From contig JARYMF010000007.1 in the NCBI GenBank assembly GCA_029907255.1, positions 105,541 to 169,540 on the forward strand: a DNA stretch of 64,000 bases, written 5' to 3'. Source of the stretch: Armatimonadota bacterium (lineage in GTDB: Bacteria; Armatimonadota; UBA5829; DTJY01). The notes under the pieces were generated by a model. It was given only the letters and a program-made list of their open reading frames with translations, did not search any database and was not told where the DNA came from. Made by a program: the position numbers and the translations under genes. This document shows positions 36,590 to 44,866 of the stretch, in pieces; position 1 is the first letter of the stretch; every line of letters starts with the position of its first letter.

Positions 36590-36862
36590 CTAGCTTGGTC
36601 CTTTTTTCAGCCGTGGTTGTTTTGGGAACACTTCGGTTACCGGCGTGGCGAATCCGGTATAAAAGGAATACCCTCCAGTCGGTCTTGTGCGGAACGAAGG
36701 TTCGAAGCCGATTCTGTTTCCGCGCCATCGCGCCGCTCCGCAACCGAAGCTTAAGACTGCAGGGTTAGCGAATCCCGACATGCAGTAACCGGCACAATAC
36801 CCAACCCTTCGACCGGTCATAGGTCCTAATCCGAGGGGGCCGGTCCCATCACCTTTTGGCAT
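36590..36862 (-). CDS. DUF5320-like protein, N-terminal-half type
   Basis: MPKGDGTGPLGLGPMTGRRVGYCAGYC... An alternative start is ATG 36895. The RBS is weak (AAGGAA). Confidence 0.55.
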   Translation of the reverse strand: MPKGDGTGPLGLGPMTGRRVGYCAGYCMSGFANPAVLSFGCGAARWRGNRIGFEPSFRTRPTGGYSFYTGFATPVTEVFPKQPRLKKGPS

Positions 36863-37100
36863 GTCTTCCTTCTTTGCGCCGCCAGTCTCTGACATCACCG
36901 CACTTAGGTTGGGTGATAGGTGTAACTTACACTTATGATTATACCCTACCATTCCATGGGAGTCAACATATTTTTCAATTTACTTAGAAATTTTTTCTCT
37001 CGCCTAGGGAATCATTCGGCAGAAAACCTTGGCGAACGTGAGCGAGCTAATTGTGGTATTTTTCAAAGCGGCATGCAAGTTCAGAGGTATGCAGTAACAC

Positions 37101-37126
37101 ACCACTTAATGCTAGCATTAAGTGGT
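37101..37126. promoter_or_regulatory. perfect 26-bp palindrome, candidate PadR operator in the divergent control region
   Basis: I checked ACCACTTAATGCTAGCATTAAGTGGT base by base. It lies between candidate promoters at 37050-37078 (minus) and 37164-37192 (plus). Confidence 0.5.
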
Positions 37127-37280
37127 TCAGGCTGCGTCTAGATTGTGAGGACATTCTCGAATATATACAAGCGGCACGAGATGTGATAGAATTATAACGC
37201 TATGGTACCCGTGACATAAGCGACGCAAAGCGCATGACTGGGGCCGTGGTGTTTTTGAAAAAACAAGGAGTTGCTAGTTC

Positions 37281-37712
37281 ATGCCCAGAAGATATTGCCA
37301 TCGGCACGCGGCTAGAGGCCCGTGCACCTGTGCGATGGGAAATCTCTATAGGTTTGTAGAGCCGGTTGTTCTGTATATGCTGGCGAAAAAGGGGTCAGCT
37401 TATGGCTACGAACTCGCGGCTGACTTGGCCGACCACGCTCTTACCGACGCCGAGATTGACCGCGGAGCGCTTTATCGAACCCTTCAGCGACTTGAAGCGA
37501 TGGGGTATGTTACCTCCGACTGGGACACCAGCGGGTCCGGTCCACCACGCCACGTTTACAGAATTACTGAAAGCGGCAGGGGACATCTTCGCGAATGGTC
37601 TGTGGTTTTGAGCAACCTGGCTCGCTCCATGGATGCCTTTGTGCATGACGTGAAGTCCCTTGGCGAAGCTGATACGGAATCGGCTGAATCACCGATTGCA
37701 GATGTACATTAG
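37281..37712 (+). CDS. PadR-family transcriptional regulator with a Cys/His-rich N-terminal extension
   Basis: LYMLAKKGSAYGYEL...GALYRTLQRLEAMGYV...HVYRITESG is a winged helix of PadR type. The N-terminus is MPRRYCHRHAARGPCTC. Confidence 0.8.
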   Translation: MPRRYCHRHAARGPCTCAMGNLYRFVEPVVLYMLAKKGSAYGYELAADLADHALTDAEIDRGALYRTLQRLEAMGYVTSDWDTSGSGPPRHVYRITESGRGHLREWSVVLSNLARSMDAFVHDVKSLGEADTESAESPIADVH

Positions 37713-37810
37713 GCCCATTGTGTAACAGCGAAAACTGCCTATTTAGACTTTAAAGAAAAATCTCCTTCATTGTGAGTCTGGGCGTCGCCAAGGTGCTTTC
37801 CCACATTACT

Positions 37811-37851
37811 GGCACAAGACGCTTTTTACGCGTTTTGTGCCGGTTTGCTTT
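37811..37851 (+). terminator. rho-independent terminator candidate downstream of padR
   Basis: GGCACAAGACGC (37811-37822) pairs with GCGTTTTGTGCC (37830-37841), 12 bp with one G-U, followed by GGTTTGCTTT. Confidence 0.5.
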
Positions 37852-38762
37852 ATTAGGTGGTGAAGCAACATCAAATTAGTGTTTCCATGCTCAGATTCTT
37901 TCGAAAACGGCAGAGGGTTTGAATCACAATTAACAAACTCATTGCGAAACTTTATTTAGCCAGCAGACAAAATTGAAAAAATGGAGAAAGTTGCGAAAGT
38001 AAAATTTTATGCTTCTAAGGCTTGCGAAAGACCGTTCAGATAATGTGCTGTAACTTAAAAAGGCGTAAGCTTGGTTGATTTGATGTTTGATTTTCTATTG
38101 CCACTCTCTTAGCCTTAGCTGTATGCTTACTCATTATCACATCTACGAGTATTGGCAACATGGGGCGGATCAACTTATTGCCGTGAATGCAGCATGTCAA
38201 GAGATTGAAATATGCAGAAGCACGGAGGTTCATCTTCCAGCAATCGTTCAAACGCACCTCTTGTGAGCGTCATGCCTCTAGTAAGAAAGCTAACAAACAC
38301 TTCGGCAAACTTGAAGTAGCTGGCTACCCATATTCAGAAAAGCAGTCAAAGTATATGGCTAACGCCCTACACTGCTGGTTGATTGGAACACAAAACATCA
38401 TTTGAAGGAGTTTACCCTAAAATACGACACTGCTTGTATTGGCGGCACTGTCATTCCATTTGTGGGGCAGCCGCTTAAAATTTAGTTATGGCGGATATGT
38501 GTGCAGGGACGCAGAGCTCTCACGCCGGATAAGCGCGTTTTTAGATTGCCAGCGTCTACTTTGTTTTGCTTGCAGGTTGGGCGCTTGCGGTTTCGGGCGA
38601 GAAAGTAATTCTAAATTCTCGATTCTCGACATGAGACAGCTTTTTTGCGCACGCCTGCAGTAGCGTGTTTTTGAGGTTTGTTCAAAAAGCAACAAAGGAA
38701 CTTAAAAATATAAAGCTGAATGTATAGATGAAGCCATAAATTATAAGGGAATTGATTTAAAG

Positions 38763-39341
38763 TTGCTGGCGTTCAATCTGATTGGCTTGTGTATCCTGGC
38801 GGCTTGCTTTATTCTTGATAGGCACAAGACAGTTCGCTCTGTTCATCGGGGGCTGATGATGTTCTGGAAGATAGTCCCAGAGATGTCGGTTGTGCTTATC
38901 CTTATCAGCATTTCTCTTTCGGTTTTGACGCCAGCACAGCTTAGAGAGTGGCTCTCCGCTGATACTCCCGCGCATTTTGTATTGGCATTGGCTGTCGGCT
39001 CGGTCGCGCTCATACCTGGGTTTGTTGCTTTCCCACTAGCAGGAGTCTTGCTAAAGAATGGCGCATCTATAACGCTTGTTGCAGGTTTTTTGACAACGCT
39101 GTTACTCGTATCTCAGCCTCATCCTCAAGCTTCACCTTTGTATTGGACGTTTAGTCATAACGTTTCGCCATCTTCGAAGGCTTGGGGCGCTAAGGGATGT
39201 TCGGATTGTCATGCCCCAAATTCCCAATTCTTCAATTCCCCGGTGATAGTCGACCCATTTGACGACAAAGGCCGCCAAAAAAGCGTGCCAATGTGGCAAT
39301 ACTGCCGAATAAGTAAAGATGTGATTGAGGTGGGGAGTTGA
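38763..39341 (+). CDS. membrane permease-like N-terminal part fused to a soluble tail with one CxxCH motif (possible chimera or truncation)
   Basis: The first 115 aa or so form 4 hydrophobic segments ending GFVAFPLAGVLLKNGASITLVAGFLTTLLLV. Then comes SQPHPQ...AWGAKGCSDCHAPNSQFF...*. The TTG start has no clear RBS. Confidence 0.35.
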   Translation: MLAFNLIGLCILAACFILDRHKTVRSVHRGLMMFWKIVPEMSVVLILISISLSVLTPAQLREWLSADTPAHFVLALAVGSVALIPGFVAFPLAGVLLKNGASITLVAGFLTTLLLVSQPHPQASPLYWTFSHNVSPSSKAWGAKGCSDCHAPNSQFFNSPVIVDPFDDKGRQKSVPMWQYCRISKDVIEVGS

Positions 39342-40384
39342 AACATTGTAGATTTCTTCTAGCGCTGGCGTTGCTTACATGTATAATAACTTCATCCAGC
39401 GTAGGTTCCACCACTCACAAGTGGCAAGGCTATTTCCAGGTGTGCTATACTAACCCAGAAGATCGTGCCGATTACCTAAGTCTGCGCAGGCTTAAGCTGT
39501 ATGGAGGCGGTCCCATTTCTGGCAATTGGAGCTACTACTTGCAGTTCCTGTATAAAACGAATAACCGCAGCTCAACTGATAACCAAATAGTCGTTCAGGA
39601 GGCAAGTGCTAGTACGCAATCTGGTTCTGTCAAGCTCACAGTAGGACAGTTCAAGCCACCTTTTGGAATGGAACGGTTTACCTCCGATTCCGTGCTCGCA
39701 TTAATTGACCGCAGTCAGCCGACCGATAAGTTGGTTCCAAACGGCAGCCTGGGAATGTCGTTTGCCCGTGATCGAGGCATCCAAATTGAACGAAAGATTG
39801 GTAAAGTTGGCCGATGCGCAGTTGGGGTGTTCGACGGGAACGGTGCTAACGAGCCATTAGAGGGCAATGGCCCGCTGGTAGTTGGGCGCTTTATATACGA
39901 GCCATGTTCTGCGGCAAAGCGATTTCATTCCGAACTTGCCGTATCCTGGCGCAAAGATCATGATATTGACTTTACTGGTCAGCTTCCAGGCGCTCCGCCA
40001 GGTTATGCAAATTTCTCAGGCAATGATGTTCGGCAGAATATCGCGATTGCCTATGATTTTGGCAAAAATTCGCTTCGCTGTGAGTACTTTGCGGCTCGGT
40101 ATCACAGCAACAAATCTGCGATTCCCAGCATAGATGCACAGGGATATTATCTGCAATGGGCTTACGCTGTATCTAGGAAGTGGTTGCTGGCTGCACGTCT
40201 TGAAGCTATGGACCCTGACCGTTCGGTTGTGAACTCGAAGGATATATCATGGCTCACAATTGGCGCTACTTACTACATAAAATCCGACTACCACAAGATT
40301 CAAGTTAACTACATATTTAAGTCGGAAAAGGCTGGCGAGATTAATAATGATGCTATAGTAGCGCAGTATCAAAGATTTTTCTGA
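39338..40384 (+). CDS. OprO/OprP-like (phosphate-selective porin family) outer-membrane beta-barrel
   Basis: Signal peptide MKHCRFLLALALLTCIITSSS, GQFKPPFGMERF motif, alternating beta-strand pattern and a C-terminal ...AQYQRFF. Confidence 0.7.
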   Translation: MKHCRFLLALALLTCIITSSSVGSTTHKWQGYFQVCYTNPEDRADYLSLRRLKLYGGGPISGNWSYYLQFLYKTNNRSSTDNQIVVQEASASTQSGSVKLTVGQFKPPFGMERFTSDSVLALIDRSQPTDKLVPNGSLGMSFARDRGIQIERKIGKVGRCAVGVFDGNGANEPLEGNGPLVVGRFIYEPCSAAKRFHSELAVSWRKDHDIDFTGQLPGAPPGYANFSGNDVRQNIAIAYDFGKNSLRCEYFAARYHSNKSAIPSIDAQGYYLQWAYAVSRKWLLAARLEAMDPDRSVVNSKDISWLTIGATYYIKSDYHKIQVNYIFKSEKAGEINNDAIVAQYQRFF

Positions 40385-40635
40385 TTTGATAACGCTTTTG
40401 AGAAGCTTTAAGGCATTGCAAAGTAGCGATATGGCTTCATTCTCGTTTATCCGACTCGCTTGTAGAAGTCTTTCAAACTCGGAAACACGCAAGAGAAATG
40501 AAGCAGCATTTTGGAGGAAAACCAGGTTTCAATCCTAAAATCATTAATTAGAAAGCAAAAGATTTTAACTTCGGAACGGCAAATTTTCTTGCCAAAAGAA
40601 CGCTTTTTCTCGCCTTTCATAATATTGGGTAACAA

Positions 40636-41607
40636 ATGTCTACTAATTGTCAAGCCATAGGCGTAGAAATTGGTGGGACCACGCTCAGGATAGGCCTTGT
40701 TGACGAGAAGGGCAATGTTGGGCATACAATTCGACTTTCTTCCTCTGATTTATATAATCAAAATACCGCGACAGAACGCTTAATTGTGCATATCACCGAG
40801 TTCTTATGGGAGATTCAAAAATCGTTTGATGAGTGTAACGGCATTGGAATCGCCGCGGCTGGATACGTTGATAATAATGCAAAGACGATGGTAGTTGCTT
40901 CAAACCTAGGTTGGCGGAATTTCGCCCTTGGGAGGGAAGTCGAGGACCTAATTGGCAAACCGGTTGTGATGGACAAGGATACAAATATGGCCGCGCTAGG
41001 CGAATTCTCCGTCGGGGCTGGTCGAAGTCTCAGTTCCTTTATTTATGTTGCGCTTGGAACTGGGGTTGGTGGTGCGATAATTCACGAAGGAAGATTACTT
41101 CGGGGCAGGAGAAACAGCGGCGGAGACTTTGGCCATGTCTTTGCAGGGGGAGATTGGAAGTGCGGCTGTGGGTTCGTTGGTTGCCTAGAAACAGTCGCAG
41201 GCGGAGTGGCAATCGCAAGGAAAGCGAGAGAAGCAATTGAGGCGGGTTCGAAATCAATAATTACAGACTTGGTTAACAACAAACCTTCCGACATCACTGC
41301 TCAAACAGTGGCAAAAGCGAGCAGCGAAGGAGACGCGTTGGCACGACAAATATTGACCGAGGCTGGAAATGCAGTTGGTGTTGCGCTTGTGAACATAATA
41401 CGAATGGTTGGGCCTGAAGCGGTAATTCTAGGTGGAAGTGTCGGCAAGGTTAAAGAAATATTCGAAACCGTGAAGGCTTATGTAGAGGAAAACAGCGCTT
41501 TTCCTGGAACCGACCTGCCACCAGTTAAGGTGCTCCCAGCTGCTCTTGGCGATTCTGCTGCAATCATTGGGGCGGGGCTGGTTTGTTCCAAACTGTTACC
41601 TGACTGA
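40636..41607 (+). CDS. ROK-family sugar kinase/regulator with a canonical zinc motif
   Basis: GVEIGGTTL, DKDTNMAALGE, GTGVGGA and GHVFAGGDWKCGCGFVGCLE. Confidence 0.8.
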   Translation: MSTNCQAIGVEIGGTTLRIGLVDEKGNVGHTIRLSSSDLYNQNTATERLIVHITEFLWEIQKSFDECNGIGIAAAGYVDNNAKTMVVASNLGWRNFALGREVEDLIGKPVVMDKDTNMAALGEFSVGAGRSLSSFIYVALGTGVGGAIIHEGRLLRGRRNSGGDFGHVFAGGDWKCGCGFVGCLETVAGGVAIARKAREAIEAGSKSIITDLVNNKPSDITAQTVAKASSEGDALARQILTEAGNAVGVALVNIIRMVGPEAVILGGSVGKVKEIFETVKAYVEENSAFPGTDLPPVKVLPAALGDSAAIIGAGLVCSKLLPD

Positions 41608-42484
41608 TGACCTCGGAATTGACAGGTTTGCCATTCTCAAAAGTTATCACCGTTTTTGTTACACGCTTTCCAGTTTTGGTGCCAGTTCGATATCTGAGTT
41701 CTGAAGGTGCTGTTACTTCTGTTACCTTTGTGATTAAGCTTTTGGTTATTACCGTAACCGGCGGCTTAGGAGGCTTTATTAGCAGTCTATCTCCCTCAAC
41801 CAAAGCATCTAGATTAATGTTTGGGTTGAGTTTTTTGAGATCGGTTAGCGAAACTTCATATTGTTGAGCGATGAATACAGCGCGGTCGCCGGCCTTCACG
41901 ACATGATAAATTGGCTCTTCGGTGGTTGACACAAGAATATCGGCGGCTTTTTCTGGGGTAGGGCAGATTTTGCTGATTTCCACATACTTGCGCTCGATGC
42001 CTACATTTTCTTTGAAGGTGGGTTCCTCGCTGAGATTATCAACTTTGCTTGCGAAACGTTTCTTTACAATCTCAAGGGTCTTTAGGGCGTCTTCTTCTTT
42101 GGCGAGTGCAACAATTGGTTCTTCATTTACAGAAATTGCAAATGCTTCAGCCATAACTGATAATAGGTTTTCAAGCATTCCGGCGGCTTCCGGGATGGGG
42201 ACGACTTCCGCGTTTTGCCGAGCAGGACGAAGCGTAACGATTTTGTCAAACCTGGTGTGTCGGATTTTTACCTCACTTGGGGTTCTCAATTGGTTTAGCA
42301 AAGCTTTTGCGGCGGCGGTTGATTCCACAGTAACGATTGCATTGCCATCAACACAGATTGTGCACGGCTTCCCACCGAAGTGTTGAGAAGCCGCCCATCC
42401 TGCAATTATGATAATTATCAAAATTAAGAAAGCACGCTCAATCCATATCCTGCGCTTAATGTTTTTTTCGAGCTTTTCCTCCAT
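41564..42484 (-). CDS. membrane-anchored LysM-domain protein with a G5-like C-terminal domain
   Basis: N-terminal TM segment (AFLILIIIIIAGWAA) and LysM domain YHVVKAGDRAVFIAQQYEVSLTDLKKLNPN...GDRLLIKP. The 3' end overlaps the convergent ROK gene by 44 nt. Confidence 0.65.
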   Translation of the reverse strand: MEEKLEKNIKRRIWIERAFLILIIIIIAGWAASQHFGGKPCTICVDGNAIVTVESTAAAKALLNQLRTPSEVKIRHTRFDKIVTLRPARQNAEVVPIPEAAGMLENLLSVMAEAFAISVNEEPIVALAKEEDALKTLEIVKKRFASKVDNLSEEPTFKENVGIERKYVEISKICPTPEKAADILVSTTEEPIYHVVKAGDRAVFIAQQYEVSLTDLKKLNPNINLDALVEGDRLLIKPPKPPVTVITKSLITKVTEVTAPSELRYRTGTKTGKRVTKTVITFENGKPVNSEVISQVTVWNKPAPPQ

Positions 42485-42600
42485 ATACTATTTCTCCCAT
42501 CAACTCCTTTTTTTGTGGTAATGAGATGTCGGCTAGGGTAGGGAAGTTTCGCGTTCACATTTCACATTTTTCTGAATGCTTGCTAGTAGAAAAGGTGAAA

Positions 42601-43557
42601 TCAAATACCAATTAATTCGCTTACGGTAACAATTTGATATCCAGATGACTGTAGCGTTTCAATTATGGAATCTAGGGCATCTGCTGTTGCCTTACTGCCG
42701 CAGTGCATAAGGACAATCGAGCCGTTTTGAACATGACTGAGCACGCGCTGGCGAATCTCGTTGGCAGTAATACCGCGTTTGAATGCGTCCCAACTGTCCA
42801 CATCCCAGTATATAGAGCGATAGCCGTTTTCTGCAAGAATGCGCAGTACTCGCTTGTCCCTAGAACCGTATGGTACTCTTGCGAGTGGTTTGGTGCTGCG
42901 GCCTGTTAGGCGAATCACCAAGTCGTCAACGCGTGCCAACTCATTTACTATTTCCCCGTCGGGAAGCTTGGGTAAACTTCGATGTGAATAAGTGTGGTTG
43001 CCGATTTCATGGCCTTCGGTAGCAATTCGTCGGGTAAGTTCAGGATTGCGCTCAATCCATTTGCCTGTGAGAAAGAATGTGCAGTGCAAGTTGTGCTTCG
43101 CTAAAACATTCAAGATTTCGTAAGTTGGGCTGCTATCTGCGCCAGCATCGAATGTTAGAGCAATCAAAGGCTTCATTCTGCTCCCATGAGAAACCTCGTT
43201 CCATTGTTCCTTTGAGGTAATCGTTGGCTTAGGCGACTTCCTAATTGATGCCTCAGATTCTTTGGAAGCGGAATCAACGCTTGGGTGCGAGATAGGATTT
43301 TCGGCTTTTGCTGTTTGTTCGGCTTCGGATGGTTTGGGCGGCTTGTGACGAGAAGGTGTTTGCTCCCATGCAGGCGCAATTGGCTGTGTTCTTGTAGAAG
43401 GGGCGTGCTGAGGAGCCGTAGGAAAACTTTTGGGAAGTTCCCTCCTGTTTTGCGATAGGAGATATGCCGCTCCAAATCCTACGGCTGCTAGCAGTAGTAG
43501 AGCTGCCGTATATTTGATACAGCCCGGCAAACATGATTTGCGAGTTCTACGCACCAA
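42601..43557 (-). CDS. polysaccharide (peptidoglycan) deacetylase, NodB domain, membrane anchored
   Basis: TM segment plus a Pro-rich linker, then LTFDAG...HEIGNHTYSH...VLMH NodB motifs. Confidence 0.8.
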   Translation of the reverse strand: MVRRTRKSCLPGCIKYTAALLLLAAVGFGAAYLLSQNRRELPKSFPTAPQHAPSTRTQPIAPAWEQTPSRHKPPKPSEAEQTAKAENPISHPSVDSASKESEASIRKSPKPTITSKEQWNEVSHGSRMKPLIALTFDAGADSSPTYEILNVLAKHNLHCTFFLTGKWIERNPELTRRIATEGHEIGNHTYSHRSLPKLPDGEIVNELARVDDLVIRLTGRSTKPLARVPYGSRDKRVLRILAENGYRSIYWDVDSWDAFKRGITANEIRQRVLSHVQNGSIVLMHCGSKATADALDSIIETLQSSGYQIVTVSELIGI

Positions 43558-43560
43558 AGT

Positions 43561-44853
43561 TCAGCTCTTTCTATGGTCCCGAGCTGTTGTGGTTTTAAAG
43601 TTCGACTGGAGTTCTGCTTTCAGAATTTCAATAGCTTTCTTAAGCTGTACGTCGTTTTCTGCTTTTATGTCTTCGTCGGTTGGTTCTACGATTACATCCG
43701 GCTTTATCTTTTGCTTATCAACGTCTCGGCCAAGAGGTGTTAAATATTTTGCAGTGCTGATTGCCACCGCTGAGCCATCCTCGAGATTGAATATTTGTTG
43801 AACCAAGCCTTTGCCGAATGTAGGAACGCCTACTAACTTACCAGCCTTGTGGTCCTGGATTGCACCCGCCACAATTTCGGATGCGCTAGCGCTCATTTCG
43901 TTTATTAGAACAACTAGCGGATATCTCTTATGATTATGTTGACTAGGATTTACTCTTAGAGATGTTCTCTCGCCACCTTTGTTTTGAATGATGACGATAT
44001 CACCGTTATCAATGAAGCGGCTTCCTATATCAACAGCGACGTCTAGTAAGCCCCCAGGGTTGTTTCGGAGATCAAGAATTAGGGCTTGCACCTTATCAGC
44101 TTCTAGCTTTGTAAGCGCTTGGTCAAACTGTTCGTCGCTTTTCTCATTGAATTGCCGAAGGGCGATGTAGCCGATTTTGCTTTCGTCGTCCTTCATTTCG
44201 ACTTCGACCATGGGTGATATAATTACCTGGCGGGTTATCTCGAATTCCATGGGTTCTGGAACGCCTTCGCGCTTGATGGTAATTCTTACCTTTGTCCCAC
44301 GAGGCCCACGAATTCGCTTGACTACCTCGTCAATATCCATGCCGTGGATTAGCGTGTCGTCTACTTTTAGGATGACATCATTCTTCTTCAGTCCCGCATT
44401 TTTTGCTGGGCTGTTAGGCAAGGGGTTTTTTATAAATACATAGCCATCTTTAACATCAAGCTCGGCGCCGATTCCCTCGAAGTCGCCGCGATTTTCGCTT
44501 TGCATTTCCTTATTTTGTTCAGGATCTAAGAAGCGAGTATATCTGTCGCCTAACGCAGCAAGCATTCCGCGAATTGCGCTGTAGGTGAGTTGTTTTGGGT
44601 CGGGAGTTTTGCCAAAATAATTGTTGCTTATGTAAGAGTAAATTTGCCAATAAGCATCCGTGCACTCCACATCTGCCTTGCTAGACTCAAGTTCAGCTCT
44701 TATGCCTAGAAGCAGTCTGGAGGGCGCTTGTTCAAGTAAGGCTACTAAATTCGGTATGCTTGGGTTTCGAGAGAAATCTGTGTAGGTGAAACCACATAGA
44801 AACGAGGTGCAAATCAGCATTATAATTAATACAAAATAGAACGCTTTTTTCAT
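43561..44853 (-). CDS. ctpA: S41 carboxy-terminal processing peptidase (paralog 2)
   Basis: PDZ domain (SPAKNAGLKKNDVILKVDD), LILDLRNNPGG and NEMSASASEI (Ser nucleophile region). I trimmed the ORF to ATG 44853. Confidence 0.8.
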   Translation of the reverse strand: MKKAFYFVLIIMLICTSFLCGFTYTDFSRNPSIPNLVALLEQAPSRLLLGIRAELESSKADVECTDAYWQIYSYISNNYFGKTPDPKQLTYSAIRGMLAALGDRYTRFLDPEQNKEMQSENRGDFEGIGAELDVKDGYVFIKNPLPNSPAKNAGLKKNDVILKVDDTLIHGMDIDEVVKRIRGPRGTKVRITIKREGVPEPMEFEITRQVIISPMVEVEMKDDESKIGYIALRQFNEKSDEQFDQALTKLEADKVQALILDLRNNPGGLLDVAVDIGSRFIDNGDIVIIQNKGGERTSLRVNPSQHNHKRYPLVVLINEMSASASEIVAGAIQDHKAGKLVGVPTFGKGLVQQIFNLEDGSAVAISTAKYLTPLGRDVDKQKIKPDVIVEPTDEDIKAENDVQLKKAIEILKAELQSNFKTTTARDHRKS

Positions 44854-44866
44854 TTTCGTTAGCCTT

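Noticed and set aside
28795-37712. Reading the cluster as a nitrogen-fixation (nif) cluster
   Set aside because: No nifH, nifD, nifK, nifE, nifN or bona fide nifB is present. NifX-like domains alone do not indicate diazotrophy.
38036-38695. Four 69-74-aa ORFs on both strands in the gene desert
   Set aside because: They overlap each other and have no RBS and no recognisable motifs. I kept the region only as a non-coding or decayed interval in the findings.
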